Origin: a virus
Lineage: Duplodnaviria; Caudoviricetes
Virus record (IMG/VR): IMGVR_UViG_3300043446_003991
Coordinates: 1-27,124 of that record
Direction: 5' to 3' (one strand)
DNA length: 27,124 bases
Below are positions 8,629-17,059 of this stretch, piece by piece (positions within the stretch are counted from its first letter, which is position 1; each line of letters begins with the position of its first letter). Both the position numbers and the translations under genes were made by a program. Under the pieces are notes generated by a model. It was not told the DNA's origin and did not search any database. It saw only the letters and a program-made list of their open reading frames with translations.

Positions 8629-11235
8629 TTGACAAGGGCTAGAGACGTTGCTAACGTCCTTTCCACCGCCACTAGTTTAGCGACGGATACGGAGACGGCG
8701 GCAGCTATCTCTAGCCATAATTCTTCTACAACATCAGTACACGGAATTTCAGACACTGCAGCACTTGCAACACAAACCTATGTTCAAAATAACAAAGGAA
8801 TAAATAAAGGCAATACTGCTTCACGTCCAGCATCTCCATCAAATGGAGATTTATATTATAATACCGAAACTTCAATTCTTGAAGTATACGATGGTGGATG
8901 GTGGATCCCAAATACAACACCAGGTATTCCAACATCTGTAGTTGCTACAAATCAACCTTCAGGAAGAGCTTATAATAATGGATCTGCATCAGTAGCATTT
9001 ACTCCAGCAACAAGTGGCGGAAAAGCAACATCTTATACTGCTACGTCAACTCCAGGTTCATATACAGCTAGTGGATCTTCAAGTCCACTTACAGTTACAG
9101 GACTTCAGTCTAGCACACAATATACATATACTGTTACTGCAACAGGACCACTTGGCACATCTGCTGCTTCATCTGCCTCAACAGGCGTTACTGCAACTAC
9201 TGTGCCACAAGCTCCAAGTTTGTCTGCAGTTGCAGCACCTCAGTCTGCAGTAATTACAATTACACCTGGCGCAACAGGCGGATCAGCAATTACACAATAT
9301 ACTATTGTGTCAAATCCAGTAACTACAACAAAAACAACATCAAATACTACATATACATTTACAGGATTGACAGATGGTACTGCTTATACTTTTACTGCAA
9401 CTGCAACAAACGCTAATGGTACATCAACATCTAGTTCTGCAAGTAATTCAGTAACTCCAGTATCTACATTTTCTGCTGATATTTTAGTTGTCGGCGGAGG
9501 CGGCGGTGGTGGAGTTATGGGCGGTGGTGGAGGTGCAGGAGGTTTGCGTTCTTCAGTAACTACAACTGGCGGTGGAGGTTCTTTAGAAAGTCCATTAGCG
9601 CTTTCATATAATACAAACTATACAGTAATTGTTGGCGCTGGAGGAAGTGGATATAATGCTGCATATAATCAAAATGCTGCAAGTGGTGGAAATTCATCTA
9701 TTTCTGGAGGTTCAATTTCAACAATTACTGCTCTAGGTGGTACTGGTGGCGGAGGATATGATTCAACAACTTCAGCTACTGGTGGTTCAGGCGGTGGTGG
9801 AGGTCGTGGTTGGCCTACAGTAGGATCTTCTGTTCCTGGAACAGGAACTCCTGGACAAGGGTATAATGGAGGTTTGGGTGGCTCTCCAGGTGCTACTGGG
9901 ACAGATGTGAATTCAACAGGTGGCGGCGGTGGTGGAGCTGGATCTGTTGGTGGAAATTATAATAGCACATCATCTGCTGGCAATGGCGGTAATGGTGTTT
10001 GGACAGCAATGACAGATGCAACACTTTCTGGACAACTTTCTGGTGGACATTATTATTTAGCTGGAGGAGGAGGCGGCGGTGCTTATCAGCCAACTCCAGG
10101 AACTGGCGGATTAGGCGGTGGTGGAGCTGGAAAAAATGGAAGTAATGGTTCTGGAAATAATGGCACAAACAATACTGGTGGCGGCGCTGGTGGCGGTGCA
10201 ACTGGAATTGCTGGTGGAACTGGTGGATCAGGAATTGTTGTTGTTAGATACTTAGGTTCACAAATAGCAACAGGTGGTAACGTTACATCTTCTGGTGGTT
10301 ATACATATCATACCTTTACATCTTCAGGAAGTTTATATACACAAGTTTCTGCTACAAAGGCAACTGGAGGAACTATTACAAATGATGGAACATATGTTTA
10401 TCATGCATTTACAGGTAATGGTACATTTACACCAAGTCAAGCATTAACAGCCGAAATACTCGTTGTTGCTGGTGGAGGAGCTGCTGGAGGATATGGCCGT
10501 GGCGGCGGAGGTGCAGGTGGAATTCTATATCATTCAGGTAAGGCACTTGTTAGTGGAACTGGTTATGCAGTAACAGTTGGTGGCGGAGGAACAGCTCAAA
10601 ATAATACTTCTGCTTACAATGGAAGTGATTCCCTATTTGATGCTAATTCTGGAGCTTCTGCATTGAAGGGCTTTGGCGGTGGCGGTGGAACTGGTAATCT
10701 TGGCGCTGGAGCAGCAGGTGGTTCAGGCGGCGGTGCAGGCGCAGCAGCAGGAGGAACATTTACTTATTCAGGTGGTTCTTCTACTCAAACATCTAATAAT
10801 GGTGGAACTGGTTATGGTAATGCTGGTGGTGGTGTAGCAACAGTAAGTAGTCACTCTAATAACTCTGGCGGTGGCGGTGGTGCAGGTGGTGCAGGTACAA
10901 CTACTAATACAGTTGATTCAGTTTTAGGTAATGGTGGTGTTGGATTAAGTACTTGGTCAGCATGGGGCAAAGCAACTAATACTGGAGAATATATTCCAGC
11001 AGATAATGCTTGGTATTATGGTGGCGGTGGTGCAGGTGGTAATACTTATGGAACATTACAACCAATAGGTGGTAAAGGCGGCGGTGGCTCTGGTTCAATA
11101 GGAAGTAGCAAGTCTGCTGGATTTGCAGGATTGTCAGCTACTGGCGGTGGCGGCGGTGGTGGAGATTCAGGCGGAGTAGGTTACATTGGTGGTAATGGCG
11201 GTAGCGGTGTTGTAATTATTCGTTATCCAGTGTAA
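8629..11235 (+). CDS. Gly-rich putative adhesin: MTRARD N-terminus, 2 FN3 domains, 2 tandem Gly-rich domains
   Basis: 868 aa, TTG start with AGGAG at 8614-8618. FN3 motifs TVTGLQSSTQYTYTVTA and FTGLTDGTAYTFTATATN. Two (I/L)LVVxGGG...GGSG(I/V)V domains. Confidence 0.8.
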   Translation: MTRARDVANVLSTATSLATDTETAAAISSHNSSTTSVHGISDTAALATQTYVQNNKGINKGNTASRPASPSNGDLYYNTETSILEVYDGGWWIPNTTPGIPTSVVATNQPSGRAYNNGSASVAFTPATSGGKATSYTATSTPGSYTASGSSSPLTVTGLQSSTQYTYTVTATGPLGTSAASSASTGVTATTVPQAPSLSAVAAPQSAVITITPGATGGSAITQYTIVSNPVTTTKTTSNTTYTFTGLTDGTAYTFTATATNANGTSTSSSASNSVTPVSTFSADILVVGGGGGGGVMGGGGGAGGLRSSVTTTGGGGSLESPLALSYNTNYTVIVGAGGSGYNAAYNQNAASGGNSSISGGSISTITALGGTGGGGYDSTTSATGGSGGGGGRGWPTVGSSVPGTGTPGQGYNGGLGGSPGATGTDVNSTGGGGGGAGSVGGNYNSTSSAGNGGNGVWTAMTDATLSGQLSGGHYYLAGGGGGGAYQPTPGTGGLGGGGAGKNGSNGSGNNGTNNTGGGAGGGATGIAGGTGGSGIVVVRYLGSQIATGGNVTSSGGYTYHTFTSSGSLYTQVSATKATGGTITNDGTYVYHAFTGNGTFTPSQALTAEILVVAGGGAAGGYGRGGGGAGGILYHSGKALVSGTGYAVTVGGGGTAQNNTSAYNGSDSLFDANSGASALKGFGGGGGTGNLGAGAAGGSGGGAGAAAGGTFTYSGGSSTQTSNNGGTGYGNAGGGVATVSSHSNNSGGGGGAGGAGTTTNTVDSVLGNGGVGLSTWSAWGKATNTGEYIPADNAWYYGGGGAGGNTYGTLQPIGGKGGGGSGSIGSSKSAGFAGLSATGGGGGGGDSGGVGYIGGNGGSGVVIIRYPV
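9153..9212 (+). repeat. 60-nt near-identical repeat, copy 1 (copy 2 at 11842-11901)
   Basis: tggcacatct(g/a)ctgcttcatctgcctca(a/g)caggcgttactgcaactactgtgccacaagc, 58/60 identical. Confidence 0.9.
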
Positions 11236-11239
11236 TCGG

Positions 11240-11287
11240 ATAATGCTATAATTGAGTAATAAACAATTAGGGGATACGTGAACTGAA
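11240..11287 (+). promoter_or_regulatory. Extended -10 promoter (TGCTATAAT) and conserved leader GGGGA-N2/3-GTGAAC
   Basis: ataatgctataatt at 11240-11253 is identical to 14317-14330. Both are followed by aaacaat and GGGGA..GTGAAC before a KxFxVK gene. Confidence 0.7.
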
Positions 11288-13897
11288 TTGGCCAATAAAG
11301 ATTTTAAGGTAAAGAATGGGTTGGATATCCAGACTCCCCTCCCTGTTTCTATGGGCGGAACTGGACAAACCTCTACTTCTAATACCTTAAATTCTTTACT
11401 GCCGTCCCAGGCAGGAAATAATAATAAAGTCCTATCAACAGATGGAACTAATACTACTTGGGTAGCACAAGCAACTGCATATCAAAGAGGCGGAACAGCA
11501 AGTAGACCACAAGCTCCTACAGCAGGAGATCTTTATTATAATACCGACTATAACTATTTTGAATCTTATACAGCAAATGGATGGTTCCCTATTGCTGCTG
11601 CTCCATTAGCCCCAACTGGAGTTACTGCTACAAATCAAGGAACTGGACGGGCCTATAATAATGGTCAAATGTCAGTTGTATTTACTTCAAGTTCAAACGG
11701 TGGAGCACCAAGTTCATTTATAGTTACTCCATCTCCCTTAACATCGCCATCAACATTTACAGGTTCTTCATCTCCAGTTACAGTAACAGGCCTTGCATCT
11801 AGCACTCAATATACATATACAGTTGTAGCAACATCTCCATATGGCACATCTACTGCTTCATCTGCCTCAGCAGGCGTTACTGCAACTACTGTGCCACAAG
11901 CGCCTACAATTGGTTCTGCAACTGTAGGAAATACTCAAGCTTCTGTTACTTTTACAGCAAATGCAACTGGTGGGTCCACAATTACATCTTATACTGTTAC
12001 ATCATCTCCAGAAAATATTACAGCATCTGGCGCAGCATCGCCAATAACTATAACAGGTTTAACAAATGGAACAGCTTATACTTTTACAGTTACAGCAACT
12101 AATGCTAATGGTACTTCTGCCGCAAGTTCTGCAAGTAATTCAATAACACCATCAGCAACAATGTATTTATCTACTATAGATAATGTCCTTGTAGTTGGCG
12201 GCGGCGGAGCAGGTCTTTATGGCGGCGGCGGAGCAGGTGGTTATAGAACTGCAACTAATATGTCTGTATCAACAGCAACAAATTATCCTGTATTAGTTGG
12301 AACAGGTGGAACATCAATAAATAATAATGGACAATATTTTTATTATTATGCATCTCCTATGAAAAATGGAAATGGTAATAGTTCATCTTTTAATGGAATA
12401 GTTGCTTCTTATGGAGGCGCAGGAGGAGGAACTGGAAATACATATGATGCTGCTGGAGAACCTGGCGGTTCAGGTGGAGGAGAAGGATACGGTAGAGGAA
12501 ATTCTGCAGTAGGCGCTGGAAATATTGGAGGATTTAATCCAGTAGAAGGATACGGAGGAGGTCTTGGAAGATCTGATCTTTATACTTATACTACTGGCGG
12601 TGGCGGTGGCGGTGCAGGTGCAAATGGAGCTCAAGGTGGTGTCAGAATTGGCGGAACAGGAGGTTCTGGAATATCAAATTCAATTAGTGGTTCGGCAACA
12701 TTCTATGCAGGTGGTGGAGGAGGTTATGGTGGAAGCGATGGGGCAGGAACAGGCGGTTCAGGTGGCGGAGGCCTTGGAGGTTGGGGCGGAACATCTTATG
12801 CAGGTACAAATGGAACAGCCAATAGGGGCGGCGGCGGTGGTGGTGGAACTACAAACGTAGCTGGTAATGGCGGATCTGGAGTTGTTATTCTTTCATATTC
12901 TGGATCTCAAAAAGCATTAGGTGGAACCGTAACATCAGTTGGTGGAAATACTATTCATACATTTAATAATACTGGAAATTTATATACATCATTTGATGGA
13001 GCATCTACAAAAGCTTCTGGAGGATTAGTTACAACAGATGGAACATATTGGTATCATTCATTTCCATCAACCGCAACATTTACTCCTTCACAAAATATAA
13101 CTGCCGATATATTAGTAATTGCAGGCGGAGGTGGCGGTGGTGTTAACGGCGGAGGTGGAGGTGGTGCTGGTGGCGTAGTATATTCATCTTCACAGTCTTT
13201 AGCTAATGGAACTCCATATACCTGTACAGTTGGTTCTGGTGGTAATGGAATGATATTAAATATAAATGCTATATTTGTTTCTGCTGGAAGCGGACAAAAC
13301 TCTTCATTTTCTGGAAGTGGAATTAGCACAATAACTGCAACTGGTGGTGGTTATGGAGGCGGAAGAGGAACTGCAGAAACAAATTGTAATGCAGCATCTG
13401 GAGGATCTGGCGGCGGTGGTGCAAACAATGCTCATACAACACCAGGTACTGGAATTTCTGGTCAAGGAAATAATGGTGGAGCAGGAGCAGAAGGAGATGC
13501 AAATGCAGCAGGAGGTGGCGGTGGTGGCGCAGGTGGAGCAGGTGGAGCAGCTACAACTGGACCATATGCAGGCAGCATGGGTAGACCTGGAAATGGTGGA
13601 ATTGGAACATCTGCTTATTCGTCATGGGGAGCAGCAACTGGATATGGTGAAAAAGTTGGATCAACCTGGTATTTTGCAGGCGGAGGTGGCGGTGGTCCAG
13701 TACAAGGTACAAATATGAGTTCTGGTGGTTACGGTGGCGGTGGAGGTTCTTATCAAACAAGTGCTACTGGTTCTGGAACAAGTGGAATTAGAGGACTGGC
13801 TGGATCAGGTGGCGGTGGAGGTTCTACGGGATCAGCATTGCCAGGTGGCGGTGCAGCAGGCGGATCAGGTATAATTATAGTAAGGTATCTAAAATAA
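11288..13897 (+). CDS. Gly-rich putative adhesin: KDFKVK N-terminus, 2 FN3 domains, 2 tandem Gly-rich domains
   Basis: 869 aa, TTG start. N-terminus ANKDFKVKNGL is shared with 5051 and 14364. FN3 motifs and two Gly-rich domains are arranged as in 8629..11235. Confidence 0.8.
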   Translation: MANKDFKVKNGLDIQTPLPVSMGGTGQTSTSNTLNSLLPSQAGNNNKVLSTDGTNTTWVAQATAYQRGGTASRPQAPTAGDLYYNTDYNYFESYTANGWFPIAAAPLAPTGVTATNQGTGRAYNNGQMSVVFTSSSNGGAPSSFIVTPSPLTSPSTFTGSSSPVTVTGLASSTQYTYTVVATSPYGTSTASSASAGVTATTVPQAPTIGSATVGNTQASVTFTANATGGSTITSYTVTSSPENITASGAASPITITGLTNGTAYTFTVTATNANGTSAASSASNSITPSATMYLSTIDNVLVVGGGGAGLYGGGGAGGYRTATNMSVSTATNYPVLVGTGGTSINNNGQYFYYYASPMKNGNGNSSSFNGIVASYGGAGGGTGNTYDAAGEPGGSGGGEGYGRGNSAVGAGNIGGFNPVEGYGGGLGRSDLYTYTTGGGGGGAGANGAQGGVRIGGTGGSGISNSISGSATFYAGGGGGYGGSDGAGTGGSGGGGLGGWGGTSYAGTNGTANRGGGGGGGTTNVAGNGGSGVVILSYSGSQKALGGTVTSVGGNTIHTFNNTGNLYTSFDGASTKASGGLVTTDGTYWYHSFPSTATFTPSQNITADILVIAGGGGGGVNGGGGGGAGGVVYSSSQSLANGTPYTCTVGSGGNGMILNINAIFVSAGSGQNSSFSGSGISTITATGGGYGGGRGTAETNCNAASGGSGGGGANNAHTTPGTGISGQGNNGGAGAEGDANAAGGGGGGAGGAGGAATTGPYAGSMGRPGNGGIGTSAYSSWGAATGYGEKVGSTWYFAGGGGGGPVQGTNMSSGGYGGGGGSYQTSATGSGTSGIRGLAGSGGGGGSTGSALPGGGAAGGSGIIIVRYLK
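11842..11901 (+). repeat. 60-nt near-identical repeat, copy 2 (copy 1 at 9153-9212)
   Basis: 58/60 identity to 9153-9212. Spans the FN3-FN3 linker (GTSxASSASxGVTATTVPQA). Confidence 0.9.
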
Positions 13898-13909
13898 GGA
13901 GATATATTA

Positions 13910-14320
13910 ATGGCACATTTTGCTGAGATAGACGAAAACAATGTTGTACAAAGAGTACTAGTTGTTGATGATTTACAAGAACACAGGGGACAAGAATTCC
14001 TTGCAAATGATTGTGGTTTAGGTGGAAGATGGATAAAGACATCATATAATGCAATTAATGGAAAACGTAGGAACCCAGAAACAAATGAGATTACTAATGA
14101 GCCTGGATTTAGAAAAAATTTTGCTGGACCAGGAATGATTTATGACGAACAAAGAGATGCATTTTATATAAATTGCCCATTCCCTTCCTGGATCTTGGAT
14201 GAAGAAACATGTACATGGAATCCTCCTATTCCTTATCCAGAAGAAATAAGCTTAGAAATGCCAATAATTAGATATAGATGGAATGAAGATTCTATTTCAT
14301 GGGATTTAATTCCAGAATAA
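13910..14320 (+). CDS. Small conserved protein associated with Gly-rich adhesins (AHFAE family)
   Basis: 136 aa, SD AAGGAG 8 nt upstream, paralogue of 8243..8623. Confidence 0.8.
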   Translation: MAHFAEIDENNVVQRVLVVDDLQEHRGQEFLANDCGLGGRWIKTSYNAINGKRRNPETNEITNEPGFRKNFAGPGMIYDEQRDAFYINCPFPSWILDEETCTWNPPIPYPEEISLEMPIIRYRWNEDSISWDLIPE

Positions 14321-14363
14321 TGCTATAATTAAACAATAATCCAAAAGGGGACAGTGAACCTAA
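14317..14363 (+). promoter_or_regulatory. Extended -10 promoter (TGCTATAAT) and conserved leader GGGGA-N2-GTGAAC
   Basis: Second copy of the element at 11240-11287. Confidence 0.7.
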
Positions 14364-15230
14364 ATGGCAGATAAAGATTTTCGAGTTAAAAACAGGCTGC
14401 ATGTAAATGGCCTGTCTCAAAATTCTGGCGTAATTTTAGCCACAAATAATGCATTAGATGCACATACTCTTTTACCTACACAATATGGCGGAACTGGAAC
14501 AACAACATCTCCAAATGCTGGACAAGTTCTATATTCAACAGCTGGTTCTACATATGCCCCAACAACTCTTGCAGATTTAGTAACTGGTGCAAAATATCAG
14601 GCTGATGCTCCTTCTTCTCCCGCCATCGGACAAATATGGATTGAATCAGATTCTTTATCAGATTCATTTGATCCAAACATTATCCGTCGTCAAGCATTTA
14701 CTGCGACGGCAGGACAAACAGCATTTACTACAACAGTTACATTTATAGAAGGATATGAGCAGGTTTATTTTAACGGACTTCTTCTTTTGCGTACAACAGA
14801 TTATACAACTTCAAATTCAAATACTGTTACATTATCTGCGGCGGCAGCAGCAGGAGATATAATTGAAGTAGTAACAATAACTAATCTTAATTCAACTAAT
14901 ACATATACTCAATCTGAAATAACATCATATTTGGCGGATAAGAAAACTGAGATTGCATCATCAATTTCAGGAAATACAGGATTATTGGCGGGAAGACGAT
15001 ATTTTGTTACTTCTGCTTCCGCCCTTACATTAACACTTCCAGGAAGCCCATCAGTAAATGATGAAATTCAAATACTAGATGCTTCTGGAAATGCTTCGAC
15101 GTATAATATAACAGTAAACCGTAACGGTAAATTAATCAATGGAAATGCAGGCAATTTTATCATTGACGTAAATGGCTCATGGTACAACCTTGTATTTACA
15201 GGTAACACATATGGATGGAAGGTGGCATAA
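14364..15230 (+). CDS. Adaptor-like fibre protein: KDFRVK N-terminus, 'PAIGQIWIES' motif, 'AGQT..FNG..DYT' domain and 'TLTLP..GWK' domain
   Basis: 288 aa. Paralogue of 5051..5938 with one extra motif. Confidence 0.7.
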   Translation: MADKDFRVKNRLHVNGLSQNSGVILATNNALDAHTLLPTQYGGTGTTTSPNAGQVLYSTAGSTYAPTTLADLVTGAKYQADAPSSPAIGQIWIESDSLSDSFDPNIIRRQAFTATAGQTAFTTTVTFIEGYEQVYFNGLLLLRTTDYTTSNSNTVTLSAAAAAGDIIEVVTITNLNSTNTYTQSEITSYLADKKTEIASSISGNTGLLAGRRYFVTSASALTLTLPGSPSVNDEIQILDASGNASTYNITVNRNGKLINGNAGNFIIDVNGSWYNLVFTGNTYGWKVA

Positions 15231-17059
15231 TGGCTGATTTAAGAGCATCTGGTTTAGGTGGAGTTCCAAAAGGAGCTACAGCAGATCGCCCAAGTCCAGC
15301 AAACATTGGTGATGTTTTTTATAATGGTACATTAGGTTGTTTAGAGATTTATACATCTCAAGGATGGGTTGCAAATAGCGCACCTCCAGGAATTCCGACT
15401 ATAGGTCTTGCTAGTTATACTGCAACAAATCAAGCATATAATAATGCTTCAGCAACTGTTTCTTTTACTCCTGGAGAAGGTGGAGGACTACCAAACTCTT
15501 ATCGTGCTACATCTACTCCTGGAGGATATTCTGGAACATCTACATCTTCACCAATTACAATAAATGGATTACAATCTGGAGCATCTTATACATTTTCTAT
15601 TACTGGAACAAATAATTTTGGAACATCTGCATCATCTATATCGTCTAATTCAATTACAGCAAATACCGTTCCAGAAACTCCAACAATTTCAGTATCCCCA
15701 TCCACGGTTGCATATGGCGGAACTCCAACAGCAAGAGTAGTTGTTTCTGGATCTAGTGGTGGATCAAGCATAACAAATTATTCTTACTCTACAAATGGAA
15801 CAACTTATACGGCACTATCTCCAGCTCAAACAAGTAGTCCTCTGACTATTAATGGTGGATTTTCTGCAGGATCATCCTACACTTTGTATGTAAAAGCAAT
15901 AAATACAAATGGGGCATCTCCTGCATCTTCATCTCAATCTTTTACGGCTAGCACAGTTTCACAAGCACCTACAATTGGATCCGCTACAGCTAATGGCCTT
16001 GATGGTCAAGCGTCAGTAACTTTTACTGCTCCTGCAAATACTGGTGGTTCTACAATTACATCTTATACAGTAACTTCATCTCCAGGTGGAGTTACAGCAT
16101 CTGGTTCTTCATCACCAATTACTGTAACTGGTTTAACAAATGGAACTGCTTATACATTTACAGTTACAGCAACAAATAGTGCTGGTTCATCTTCTTCAAG
16201 TTCTTCAAGCAACTCTGCAACACCATTTATTTCTCCAATTCTTACAGGAGGAACATTATCTTCTGATGCAACTTATTACTATAGAACATTTATTAACGAC
16301 GGAACTTTGTCTGTTTCTGCCGCTGCTTTAAATTTAGATGTTTTATTAATTGCAGGTGGAGGTGGTGGTAGACAGGCAGGTGGCGGAGCTGGAGGAGTTA
16401 TTTATTATCCAGCAAGAAATACAACTGTTGGAACTTATCCAGTTGTAATTGGAGGAGGCGGCACCTCTGCTAATGGAGCCAACAGTACTGCTTTTGGTTT
16501 AACAGCAAATGGTGGCGGCGTAGGTGCTCCTTCGAACGATATTGCAGGTAGCTCTGGTGGATCAGGCGGCGGTGGTGGTCGAGATAATGGTGGAGCAGGT
16601 TCAGCTACACAAACTTCTGGAAGCGGATACACTGGTTATGGCAATGCTGGTGGACGAGCATCTATGACTGGTTATGGAGGTGCAGGTGGAGGTGGTGGTT
16701 CTGGTGGTGCAGGTGGAAACGGTGGAGGAAATGGTACACCGTCAGCAGAAGTAGGTGGTAATGGTGGTCCAGGAAATAATACATGGGCTTCATGGCTTTC
16801 TGCAATTGCTCCACAAATGACTTCAATTACTGGTTGGGCCACAGCAACATCATCAGGATATATAGCTGGCGGTGGCGGATCAACAGATGAATATGGAACA
16901 GATCATGGTTCTGCTGGCTCAGGTGGCGGTGGTGCTGGTGGCAACAATGCTTCTACAAAAAATGCAATTATGAATACTGGTTCTGGCGGTGGATCTCAAG
17001 GAACTGGTGGTTCTGGTATTATGATAGTTCGTTATGCTAGGTCTTCAATTGGTGGATAA
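15230..17059 (+). CDS. Gly-rich putative adhesin: 3 FN3 domains and one Gly-rich domain
   Basis: The start is more likely the ATG at 15230 (TAATG overlap, MADLRASGLGG) than 15215. Three FN3-like repeats, then a Gly-rich domain from LDVLLIAGGGGG to GGSGIMIVRY. Confidence 0.8.
   Translation: MADLRASGLGGVPKGATADRPSPANIGDVFYNGTLGCLEIYTSQGWVANSAPPGIPTIGLASYTATNQAYNNASATVSFTPGEGGGLPNSYRATSTPGGYSGTSTSSPITINGLQSGASYTFSITGTNNFGTSASSISSNSITANTVPETPTISVSPSTVAYGGTPTARVVVSGSSGGSSITNYSYSTNGTTYTALSPAQTSSPLTINGGFSAGSSYTLYVKAINTNGASPASSSQSFTASTVSQAPTIGSATANGLDGQASVTFTAPANTGGSTITSYTVTSSPGGVTASGSSSPITVTGLTNGTAYTFTVTATNSAGSSSSSSSSNSATPFISPILTGGTLSSDATYYYRTFINDGTLSVSAAALNLDVLLIAGGGGGRQAGGGAGGVIYYPARNTTVGTYPVVIGGGGTSANGANSTAFGLTANGGGVGAPSNDIAGSSGGSGGGGGRDNGGAGSATQTSGSGYTGYGNAGGRASMTGYGGAGGGGGSGGAGGNGGGNGTPSAEVGGNGGPGNNTWASWLSAIAPQMTSITGWATATSSGYIAGGGGSTDEYGTDHGSAGSGGGGAGGNNASTKNAIMNTGSGGGSQGTGGSGIMIVRYARSSIGG

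Noticed and set aside
15215-15229. Start of the fourth adhesin at 15215
   Set aside because: The ATG at 15230 reproduces the TAATG coupling seen at 5938 and 19115; the extra MEGGI overlaps the SD-like sequence.
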